From: Podarcis cretensis
Taxonomy: Eukaryota
Assembly: GCA_951804945.1 (NCBI GenBank)
Contig: OX638151.1
Span: 74,400,001-74,464,000, forward strand
Reading direction: 5' to 3'
Length of the DNA stretch: 64,000 nucleotides
Every line of letters starts with the position of its first letter. The stretch's first letter is position 1. Below are positions 12,615 to 23,600 of this stretch, piece after piece. The position numbers were made by a program, and so were the translations under genes. The notes under the pieces are model-generated. The model made no database searches and was not told where the DNA came from. It was given only the letters and a program-made list of their open reading frames with translations.

Positions 12615-13277
12615 TGGCTGCCTGAGTTCGAGTGTCTTCAAAGCCCATGACACCTTTGGTAAAGGGTGTTCTCCAACTGGAGCATTCACAGGCCAGTGTT
12701 TCCCAGTTGTCAATGTTTATATTACATTTTTAAAGATTTGCCTTAAGACAGTCTTTCAACCTCTTTTGTTGACCACCAGCATTTCGCTTTCCATTTTTAA
12801 GTTCGGAATAGAGTAGTTGCTTTGGAATACGATCATCAGGCATCTGCACAACATGACCAGTCCAACGAAGTTGATGTTGAAGAATCATTGCTTCAACACT
12901 GGTAATCTTTGCTTCTTCCAGTACACTGATATTAGTTCGCCTGCCTTCCCAAGTGATGTGTAAAAATTTTCGGAGACACCGTTGATGGAATCTTTCGAGG
13001 AGTTTGAGATGGCGTTTATAAGTGGTCCATGTTTCACAGGCATATAGTAAGGTTGGTAGTACAATAGCTTTGTAAACAAGCATTTTGGTTTCCCTGTGAA
13101 TGTCCCGGTCCTCAAACACTCTGCACTTCAATTGGGAGAAAGCTGCACTCGCAGAGCTCAGGCGATGCTAGATTTTGGCATCAGTGTTGGCCCTTGTGGA
13201 AGGAAACTGCCTAGGTAGGAGAAGTGATCAACATTTTTCAATGTTACACCATTGAGTTGGATTTGTGGCACTGCACA
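12615..13277 (-). mobile_element. RTE-clade LINE fragment (C-terminal RT region)
   Basis: ORF 12730-13131 contains TKMLVYKAIVLPTLLYACETW, RFHQRCLRK and QLRWTGHVVQMPDDRIPKQLLYSEL, typical RTE ORF C-terminal motifs. Upstream NVDHFSYLGS with an in-frame stop shows it is inactive. Confidence 0.9.
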
Positions 13278-14359
13278 ATTTGTTTTTATAGGCTCCCTAT
13301 GTCAGTCATGCTCCTCCCAGTGAGCCACATAAATTAATGCTGCACCACAGACTTAAAAAAAAGACCCTGCCAAATGCTTCTTCTGCAATGAAGTTTTTCA
13401 CTGCCTTGATATTTGAGCTTCAGGGTATAGCTGGTTAGTCCTATAATACAAAATGAACAAACAAGGAAGATATATAACAGACAGGAAAAAATAAACATGC
13501 CCATGTAATAAACATTAGTTCATAGAAATATTCACCTTAAGCAAAGCAAAGTATTTGCTAGGTTTCCATATTAACCTATAATACCTCTAATCAAAGAGAC
13601 AGGTAAAGATATGCCAGTCCATACAAGTAAGGCATACATTATCATACAAGTAAAAGACACAGCAGTCCATTCGGTTGTTGCCCTGCTTTGCCCATAGGAG
13701 CCAACTTCTAAGGGCCAAAGTCCCTTCAGCCCCTCCAAAAATATTTGAGGGGACCAGGCCCCTCCAAAGTTGATGGGCACTGTCATTCAAAGGGCATGCA
13801 TGCACCACATCATGTGATTGCCTGCTTGCCTTATTTTATTCAAGCTGACACACTTGAGGTGGCCGAGAGGAGTTTCTCAGGCACATAGAGGCCTGGAAAG
13901 CTGCATCTGGGCCTGGATCTGAGGTTCCTTATCCCTAGTATCAAGATTATTTTTTTTTATAATGGAGTATCATTGAAGCCATTGTTTTTGTATGAATCTA
14001 TCTTGTTTTTCTTTACTTCTATTTAGCAATTTCAAGCATAATTTATGTATACAAAGTGTGTACTTGAGAACTCAGGGTTCAGGAAAGTGTCTTTTTAGTT
14101 TCCTAAGTAAGTATTGCATAATTGAGTGACATGTTTCTGAATCAGTGTTTCTCAAAATTCTGCTGAAAGATTTTCAAGTAAATGTTCCTTCCTCAAAATC
14201 TGCAATATGTGTTTAAACTCTTCGAGAGGAGTGTGACTGAGCTGTTTTCTCGTAAAGCGATGATCAAGGGCCGTTTTGCATAACAATTTTTAATACAGCA
14301 CAATCAACATCACTTTTTCCAGTGATTTTGGCAGAATGCATTGATCTCAAATGTGCCAT

Positions 14360-14570
14360 GGATGATATCCAATGTTGTTCAAGCAAACATACCCTTTCTC
14401 TTTTCTCCCTGAGGCTCCTAATGCCCCCCAGATCTGCTCTGGATGGTTCCCCAACCCTCAGGAGCTTTGGGAGGCATGGTGAGCAATAGGAGGAGGGGGA
14501 GTAGAGTTAAGGGGTCTTGTCACACAAACAGAAGTCCATTCCACTGGCAGACGGGCACTGGATTTCATCC
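14360..14570. mobile_element. Foldback non-autonomous element
   Basis: Ends GGATGATATCCA / TGGATTTCATCC; related decayed copies near 23740-23945 and 31555-31860. Confidence 0.45.
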
Positions 14571-15899
14571 CATGTTTATAACTCAAAATACTATCTCTTA
14601 CTATAAAAAACTCCAACCATAGGTGTGGTGATGTGCAGCATGGTTACATGCTGGCTGAACCATTCAGAAGATTTGACAGATGAATGGCCTAATTCTCTGT
14701 AGGTTTACTCAAAAGTCCCACTGAGTTCCATGGGTCTTACTCGCAAGGAAGAGTGCACAGTACTCCAGCAGTCCCAGAGCTTATTCACACAACAGTACTG
14801 ATGTGCTGGTTTCTTGTACAGAGCCAGCCCATACATAGCTGCTCTTTCAGATATTTTTTCTCATTGCTCTAAGATTCCTGAAGCTAGTACTGATGAGATG
14901 ACAGAGGGCTGTGTAGCTGCATATGGTTGAAATTTACCTACATATTAGCTTTGTAATACAGAATGAGATCTCATATTGGCAACCCTCATAACTTCTGGTA
15001 TTAAACATCGTACTCATTTATTGATTAAATTAATAAATGAACGGTTGTTAATAATCATTGTCACTTATGGGTGTTAATTTGATAACGTAAGCAACATCAG
15101 GGATAATGTTGAATGTTAAAAGATACGGGTGTCACCATTATGACAGTTCATTCTTTGTTACTCATTTAACAGGAATGCTTTTAATGGAAAGAGCTGCTCA
15201 TGGGTATTTTGCTGCCTGAAGCCAAGGACAAAGTATCACCCCCAGCCCATATACAGAAGGCAACCAGACTAGTAGTTTAATATTGGTAACAGGAGCGCAC
15301 ACCACACCAAAACTGAGGGTACCAGGCTAGCCTTGGGGGTGCAGAATAGGCCGCATGACACATCCAACTCTGTACCTACTCCTTTGCCTTGTCGCCAGCA
15401 CCGGTCGTCTGAGGTCTCTGCCTCACTTTGCCTCATGACAGGGCTGACCCCCATCACAAAGCATGTGCTGTGAAACTGTCCTGCTATTTTCAGAGAGAGA
15501 TCTAGCACCAAGCATGTGCTTCCTTATCTCTGTCGTGTCTGGAAGGACGGTGCTGGAAGGGGAATGCAGGCTTCCTGTCCTGCAGAATGAAAGACATCTA
15601 AACCATCTCCCCCTCCCCCTCCCCCGGAATCAATGGGCGTGCCTCACTCTGCAGACAATCGCCGCTTTTACTCTCTGCAGCATTTTCAAACACAACCAGG
15701 CTGGCTCCTATTAAAAGCACAGCTACACCGGTTGGTTGAAGAGTCAGCAATCTCACGCAAACCTTTCCGCTTCCCCTCGCCCCACGAACGACGCTCAAAT
15801 ATGTACACATATTTGTGCACTAGGGAAAATAACGCTGAGGATTCTTATGATTCGGAGCCTGCGCCCCTTTATTTCCCCAGCTGTGTGGGGTATTTACCA

Positions 15900-16630
15900 G
15901 GATCACTCCAGCTTTTTTAGCCACGCCCCTTTCGAATCCAGGAAGGCCCCCAAAGAAAATTCTCCAAGCTCCGCTAATTGCGCTTTGCCCCTTCTAGTAC
16001 GGATCGCCGCGGCATTGCGGGAGTTGTAGTCCCCGCGGCGGCCGCTGCGCATCGCGTCGAAGCGGCCTCCTGCCGATAGGAAGACTACAAGCTCCGTGGT
16101 GCTTTGCGCGCGTAGCAGGGCTCGCTCCCTCCGGGTGCGGTCGGCGGCTGGGCCGGAGCGTGTCGCGGGGGCGTCACGTCGGCTGGTCACCCGTGAAAAA
16201 GAAGGCGAGAGGTGGGGTTGGGGTGGGGCTGCTGCGCCGTGACGCCCGAGCGACCTCCCAGCCCGCCTGCTTGCCTGCCCTCGTCGGCGCTGCCCCCTCT
16301 CCCCTCCCCCGGTGCTTCCTCCGCGGTCCTTTGCCTCCCGGGTCCTCTTGCTGAGAGCGGGCGGGGGAAATGGCTGAGACCATCGCGGACACCAGGCGCC
16401 TGATCACGAAGCCGCAGAACCTCAACGACGCCTACGGGCCGCCGAGCAATTTCCTCGAGATCGACGTCTCCAACCCTCAGACGGTGGGGGTGGGCAGAGG
16501 CCGCTTCACCACCTACGACGTGAGGGTCAAGGTGAGGGATCCTAGCGAGGCTGGAGGGGGGGGGGGTCGGCGGATGGATGGGGAATTATGGGGGGGGGGA
16601 GGGCGGGCCCTGCTGGAGTCTCGGGCTTAT
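15900..16630 (+). promoter_or_regulatory. CpG-island promoter and 5' UTR of SNX3
   Basis: Dense CpG. CCACGCCCC (SP/KLF) at 15921-15929; GGACTACAACTCCCGCAATGC on the - strand (16012-16032); GACTACAAGCTCCG on the + strand from 16083. Confidence 0.82.
16370..16531 (+). CDS. SNX3: Sorting nexin 3, exon 1
   Basis: MAETIADTRRLITKPQNLNDAYGPPSNFLEIDVSNPQTVGVGRGRFTTYDVRVK|gtgagg; 162 bp; near-identical to the vertebrate SNX3 N-terminus. Confidence 0.97.
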
Positions 16631-17857
16631 CTTCTATGGGGAGCGAGGGTGGAGGTGCCTTGCCTGTGCAACTTCCAAGCAGTAAGGCCTCTTCACTCCT
16701 TCAAATACGTGCCTTGCCTGGCTGGCTGGGTGGGTGTAGCTTAGAAGTGCCTGAGCCAAACTGAAGGGCTTGTTTTTATCCCCCACCCTCACACCCTCTT
16801 TCTTTTCCATTTCCCCCCACCCACACACAATGGAAGGTCAGGGGCATTTCCTCACTGGAGAGCTCACTGATTCCCTGGCACACCTTCAGAGAAGATGCTG
16901 CAGTTCCATATACATGACCAATATGTCGTTGGCACTCTGATCTGGCAAGCTGAGCTGAGGTTGACAGTGACATCCTGTGCAGTTGAGGGTGGGGGAGGCG
17001 TCTGTGTGTGTGTAGGGAGAGATATTTTAAGCTGTTCATTTTCTCAGTATCTTCTAGTGTTGATTCCTATTCGAATGCCGTTAGCACCATATTCATACAG
17101 AATGAAAGGTCTGATGCAGATCCTGCGCATGCCAAGGTTCTTGAATGCACATGTAGATCCCAATTTGGCTTCCTTCAGATGCTTGTAATTGGAACTGTGT
17201 GTGTGTGTTTCAATGTTCCTTATCTCTGCAGTCCAGAAATGCAGTGTGCTTCAGCCTTGGTGCTGTTCCATACTGGCCCCATGTCTCTCATCACACACCA
17301 GAGTTATGCTAAGTAGTCTGTGTAGCTGGCTTCCCATACTCATTGTTTGTGTGGTCTCCATGATATGGCTGTACTTTGGTTATTCACAATACTCTTATGA
17401 GTACCTACTGATATGTGAGAACAAAGAAAACTGTGAGAAGGGCCTCCAGTGATACATCCTTCAAAAACTTTAAATTGTGGTGCTTCCCTACATAATGTCT
17501 AGTAACTGGTAGTAGTCACTGCATCTGAACAATTATGGTAATTCTTTTGGTCCACTTTTCATGTAACTGTATTTGTACTCTGCCTTTAACTCCAAAAGGA
17601 AGCCCACAGCAGCCTTATACATTAAGGAAATACATTGTTCTCTGATTCTCACCCTCGTGATAATAACATTCTCTGCATTCCTATAACTTAAAGGCTAAGC
17701 AGGGAATTTATTCTCTGGTGGAATACCTCAAATTCATAGTGTTAACTGTGTCTACATGATAACAAAAAGATAATCTCAAGGCTGTGCAGTTGACAGAGTT
17801 AAGATAGTGCCATCTCATTCTTTGGGGAAGGCTTTAAGGTCTTCTATAACTTCAGTA

Positions 17858-18072
17858 CAGTGGTACCTCGGGTTACAGACGCTTCAGGTTACAGACTCCG
17901 TTAACTCAGAAATAGTACCTCGGGTTAAGAACTTTGCTTCAGGATGAGAACAGAAGTCGTGCAGCGGCAGTGGGAGGCCCCATTAGCTGAAGTGGTACCT
18001 CAAGTTAAGAACAGTTTCAGGTTAAGAACGGACCTCCAGAACGAATTAAGGTCTTAACCTGAGGTACCACTG
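17858..18072 (+). mobile_element. Tc1/mariner (pogo/Tigger-like) MITE, full length
   Basis: TA|CAGTGGTACCTCGGGTTA...TAACCTGAGGTACCACTG|TA: TIRs plus TA target duplication; 215 bp. Confidence 0.92.
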
Positions 18073-18595
18073 TAGTGGATCAGGGCCCGCCACTTGTCTC
18101 TTGTGGGTTTTAGACAACCTGGCAGGAGAAAATAAGGATTTATCTTTGTTTTCTTTTTCCCTCCCCCACTTTTCAGGTAATGGAAGAACTGTCATGCAAG
18201 GGTTGAGGAAGTAATAATTTTACGTTACATCTCCTTGAATGTACAGTTCTTGGATTTATTAAGAATGACAGTTTGTCTAAAGGTGTTTTCCACCGTCATT
18301 TGTTTATCAGTTTGTTCTTCCTTTTATGATAAATGTTGTAAAAGTAGGTTTGCTCTGAAACAAGTAACAAGTTTCTTGTTGCTTCTATTTATTCTGGACC
18401 AGGTTGTGCATTTCTAACAAAGTTGACGGTGATAATGCAAACTAGTGCCATTGGCCAATATGTTTATGGATTGCTGAAAGTAAGTAAGGTCTAGGGTAAT
18501 AGATGGCCTAATGTTATCTTAACTGGTTGTGTACATAAGTGGGACTGGAGAAAGAATGCATGTGCTTAGGTTGTGTAGGTTAGATAACTCAAAGA

Positions 18596-18792
18596 GAGGG
18601 AGCCATAGCACATTGCTTCACATTCCAAAGGTCCCGATTCCAATCCCTTCCATTGCCAGTTGAAAAACTCTTGATGTAGTAGGGCTGGGAAGACCTCTTC
18701 CTAAGATCTTGGGAGAGCTGCTACTGCCTGTTAGTTTAGAGGGTACTAGATCATAGACCAGTACAGTAATTAGGTTAGGAATAAGGTAGCTT
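18596..18792 (+). mobile_element. Decayed tRNA-derived SINE
   Basis: GGGAGCCATAGC head and GGGCTGGGAAGACC...GAGAGCTGCT...ATAAGGTAGCTT body; similar layout to 53254-53431 on the - strand. Confidence 0.5.
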
Positions 18793-19389
18793 AATGAATT
18801 GAGGAAGAACTTTTGCTTGAGGATGTGCCAGTGTGGGAAAGTTTTACCGAATACAGTCATGTTTTCCTTTTAATCCGTTAGATTGCTTCTTTGGCACTTG
18901 GTTGTCTGTGCAGTCCTGCATGTCACTTGAACTTGTATCCTGTGCCAGCTGAAAGGCTCGATGTTTTTAACTGATCCAGTTGATGAACTATGCTTGCTGA
19001 TGTAGTGTAGGCTCTTAGATAGCAAGGTATAACCCATGCCTTCAGAAAATGCTTATGTATGAACTGTGGAGGAACTAGTTGGCGGATATTGCCTACTTTG
19101 GGTACTAACTGGCATTCACACTAGTGAATTGTGCCTGGCAGTGCCAACTTCAGTGCACCTCTACAATATGCCCTTCTAGTACTACCCCCTCACAAGACTT
19201 GTTGATGTTGTGTACCAGTTGCTAGAGCTGCCTTGAAAGCTGCGGAGTGCAGTATTATCATGAAGATTTTGAAGGACCAAATTGTCAGATCAAAATATAA
19301 GACTGCACCCCCTTCAGCAGATGGTGATAGCAAAAAGAATTCCTTGCTGTTTGTTTATCAATTTATTTTCATTGCCACGCCATGACTAC

Positions 19390-19549
19390 CGTGGGCATAG
19401 TTCAGGGGGGCAGCAGCCCCCACATCAAGTAAAACAGTAGAAATACTTAACTAACTGACTAATCACGTTGGTTCTGCACCCCCCAACAAAAGTCCTGTCC
19501 CCCCAACCAAGTCCTGCCCCTCCTAACAAAAATCCTGGCTACGTCCATG
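19390..19549. mobile_element. hAT MITE with perfect 8-bp TSD
   Basis: ATGACTAC flanks both ends (19382-19389, 19550-19557); termini CGTGGGCATAG / CTACGTCCATG; inverted homologue at 59086-59240. Confidence 0.85.
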
Positions 19550-20480
19550 ATGACTACTAAGAACAACCTGGCCCAATAGTGGTTCCTAAAACAGCAAAGT
19601 TGTGATTCGTGAGGACCATGAAATGCTTGGAGGACTACAGTTTGCCTTGCAAATGAATTGGTTTCACCTGGACTTAGTTTCAGTGACTTCCTTGCATTTA
19701 GCCTGCTTCATTGCATTTAACCAGACTTCATTACATTTGTATCTTGCCTTTTCTCTTCAAGGTTAAGAGTCTGTTGTGAAGAGGGTTATTCCATTTCATT
19801 TTTACAGTCCTATAATGTGGGAGAAATGTGGTATCGCCCAAGGCAAACACTATTTCAGTGTTTCTCAACCACCGCCTTGAGCCATGTTCAGGTGGGCCTT
19901 CAGTACCTCAGCCAGCCCAGTACCTCACCTGCCTATCCTGTCTTCTAGTCAGGTCATTCCCTTATGGTTAGACCAGGGCCAACACCAGCAACTCCCTGCA
20001 TGCTGAGCAAAGGTGGCAGAGAGACAGAAGTTTGGGGTGCGGGGGGGGGGGAGGGAGAAGAATCTCCTTCTGAGGGGAAAGGGCCCAGAGGAAGTGCTGA
20101 AGGAAATTAGAAACTGAGATAAAAGATTGTTATTATTGTTATTATTATTACTATTAAAAAAACCCACCAGTTCACACACAACACACTAAACACTGGTGAA
20201 ATGTTCTTAGATGCAGCTTCAAGGAAACTGGAAGTTTTCACTTCAGTTTTAGATTACTCCAGACTGGTTAATCTTAACTATAGCTTGCTGAAACAAGTCA
20301 ACTTCCTAATCCATGAGTTAAAGGTGGTTTGCTCAAACAGACCATAGGTAAGAGTAACCACAGTTTGAGTCCAGATGATATGGCAAGATGTGTTTCAAAT
20401 AAAACAGAAGCGAAAGCTTCTGAACCTATGATCATTGCTGGGGGTGGTGTGGTGAACATATTTGTGACGTTTGTCTAGGC

Positions 20481-20615
20481 CAGGCATGGCCAAACTTGGC
20501 CCTCCAGATGTTTTGGGACTACAATTCCCATCTTCCCTGACCACTAGTCCTCTTAGCTAGGGATGGTGGGAGTTGTAGTCCCAAAACATCTGGAGGGCCA
20601 AGTTTGGCCATGCTG
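20481..20615. mobile_element. Hairpin hAT (Charlie/Buster-like) MITE with perfect 8-bp TSD
   Basis: GTCTAGGC duplicated at 20473-20480 and 20616-20623 (nnnTAnnn target). Near-perfect ~50-bp inverted arms CAGGCATGGCCAAACTTGGCCCTCCAGATGTTTTGGGACTACAATTCCCA. An older copy follows at ~20640-20758. Confidence 0.92.
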
Positions 20616-23600
20616 GTCTAGGCTCATCTTGGCCTTCATCAGCATGAATGTTGTGGATCACAACACCCATCATCCCTCAATGCCGGCCATTCTGACCAGA
20701 GCTGATGGGAATTAGAGTTCAATAACATCTGGAGGGCACCATGTTGAAGAAAACTGCTGTAACTATGGCTTAGCATCACATCTGAAGCAGCCAGTGATTG
20801 ATGATTCCTAACAAGCTTTGGTTGATGTGCCTGCCTGCTAAATCTACTCTCCCTAGCTCCTGAGCCACCAAACTAATGGGAAATGAGATTTTTATTTATT
20901 TATTTTTTGCTTTTATGCTGTTGGTGCTGTTACTATGGGAAGATCTTTAAGTGTCTCAGAATCCCAAGGCTAAAACTAATTTGTAGACCACACTTGATTT
21001 GAGAGCTTGGAAGGTATCAACAACATGAATTTGCACGTAACTTGAGTACACTGCTTTCACAAAAGACAAGGACAGATGCATTTCTAAGACTAAACTAAAA
21101 GTTACTATTGAGCCTTTCTAATGGAAGCTCCTTTTTTCTTGGCAAGCCTCAGATTAGATACTTAAAAGCTATTATATATTGCATTTACCACTTAACCTAT
21201 ATTAACTTTTAATATAAAGCACGTAGATTTAATCTTTCGTGTTCACAATTTTTTAGAAATAAATTGCTGCCTTAAACACTCCACCACCTAAGAAAAGCTT
21301 CATTGAATTGGCTTAATGCTCTAACTAAACACACATCCTATTTGTACCCTTTTTGGCTTTCCATTATTAACAAATCCAGGCGCTGAAGAAATTGAAGGTG
21401 AGGAAGGCATAAAAGTCCACTTTAACAGCACTTTAGGATTTCTTCTTATCTGAAATGGACAAGAACTGTAACTGCAGATTCGTAGTGGGTGGGGTGAGCT
21501 TTCAGTTAGAGCGATTCTTTGCACACATCAGTGGCGTTGTTTTGTGGTACTGGGTGAGTGCATGCTTTCTTATGGAGCTGCACTCCTAAAATAGTGGATT
21601 CAAAACACTTGCTTTCATTGGGTCTAGACCGAAGCATTGTGAGACAAAGGGTGAGATGGCACCTTCCTCCCTTTCCATTGTGTGAAGTGGGGAAGGAGAA
21701 GATTTAGAGTGGGGCACCATTCCTGGCACAACGAGAAACTCTTGAATTGTCTCAGTCCTCTCTGAGACTAGAACTTTTCTTTCTCTCAAAGCCATTTAGG
21801 CTTTCCCAATATATTCTTGTCTATTCAGAAGTGCACAGGATTGCAGTCTTCCATTCAAATTTGTGAAAAGGATCGAATCCTGAAAAGGATCTGATCTGCA
21901 CCACTCACATTTATTTGGTCTCTAGCATATAGCCGTGTTTCTCTACTGTTGTATTTCCAGCTCTGCTTGGACTTGGAAGATTGCACTGTAGTCAGATAAA
22001 AAAATTTGGTTCTACTATATACTCCTTTTGAGTGAGTAATATTTTGTTTGCAGTGAAAACCGTGGAGGTCAGGTATTCCCCATTGACAGTGACAAGCATG
22101 AAATATGAAATGCCACTCTAAACAACAAAGTTGCTCTCAAATCATAAAGCATACAGTTGATTAGTTAAAAACTAGAGTAGGAATTGAGTCACTTGTCTAC
22201 TTTCACTTCTTCCATCAAGCAAAGGTACCCTAGATTGATGCAACAGAAATATCATTGTAATAGAATATTGCTTCAAGTGGTTTACACCACAAAGATTAAA
22301 CAGCACTAAGAGTCAGATATTTTAACATTGTAGCAGCAGATGGTTCATTCTGTCATCACAAGCCTGGCTGGATTGATTTAGATTAAGGAAAGTTAAATGG
22401 CAAGAAAAAAGGCCAAAATATACCATTGATTTAAATCAGAGTTTTCCATTTACTTAGATATTTCCTATGTAAAAGTGCATGCAAACTGGTTACTATAATC
22501 TTAAACGTTGATTTTAAACTTTAGAGCCTTTATATAACCATGAAGACTGCACTGTTTTTCCTATTATTTAGAAAATGATGAATAATTGCTTTTTTTCCAA
22601 ATAACTCATAATCCTGTCACACTGCATTAGAATTGCTTGCATCATGAATACACAAGAATTAAGCCAATTATCAAGCAAGTTTTAAGGTCACTTAGCTGCT
22701 TTGGTGGGTGAAGCTTGTGACTTGCCAGTCCACCAGTATCAATGTCATGTACTTGTATGATGACTGACAAAGTTAGTTTTTTCACAATTCATTCCCTTTA
22801 AAGAAAAGTAGTTGTTCATAAGAGGATAATAGAGTTTTAAAGAGTTTGAAGTTCAGGTTAGTTTTAAAATATTGTAGCTTAAACACTAACAATCAAATCA
22901 AATAGTTTTATTTTTTTATTTTTGTCAGCATCTTTTGTAGAAGTTGCATTCTGATCAAAAATTACAAAGGAGAAAAGTATATGTCTGAATTGGGATTAGA
23001 AGAAATATACCTTGGTGCTGCTGATGTGTTAATGCCTTGGCATGTCATAGAACTACACAATCTTTCTTAGAGTTGCACGGTGGGATAAAATGTTCATCTC
23101 TGAATTGAACAAAAGTATCTGATTCCACTGATATTAGATATGCTGTCCTAGAACCAGGTATTTTCCTTTCAGGTTACTCTTCCAGTTACTGTGTTCTTCC
23201 AAACTGGGTGATATGGGTGCATGTTTCTTTCTCTCAATTGTCCTGAGTCAAATGATCTCTTTAAGAACAGAGTATCGGGTTAATTAAATTGTCATTGGAA
23301 TGATGCTCTTGCAAATTCTGCTGATTTGAGGGGCCAAGCTGAACAGTTCTATACCCTCTATATTTCCTTCTGCTTTTTCTTTCCTTCCTTTTCTGCTGTT
23401 CAGCAACTTTGAAGAACCAAGTGAAAGTCTTTCTGGAGAGATGCGGGTGGCAACAATATTAAGCAACACTTACTTGAGCATGTGCTTGCTCTTTCTGAAG
23501 TATACTTAGTCATGGGATAGAAGTCCCTGGTGTATTATTTTTATTTCAATTTGTATGCTCCTTTTCCATTTTAACTAGGCCCAGTGTGGCTCACAACACA

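Noticed and set aside
8800-16370. A single bidirectional promoter shared by AFG1L and SNX3
   Set aside because: Start codons are about 7.6 kb apart, with two separate CpG islands and transposons between them.
17858-18072. Repeated TCAGGTTA units resembling a CRISPR-like array
   Set aside because: Bounded by TIRs and TA duplication, irregular spacing, dispersed near-identical copies, eukaryotic context, no cas genes: a MITE.
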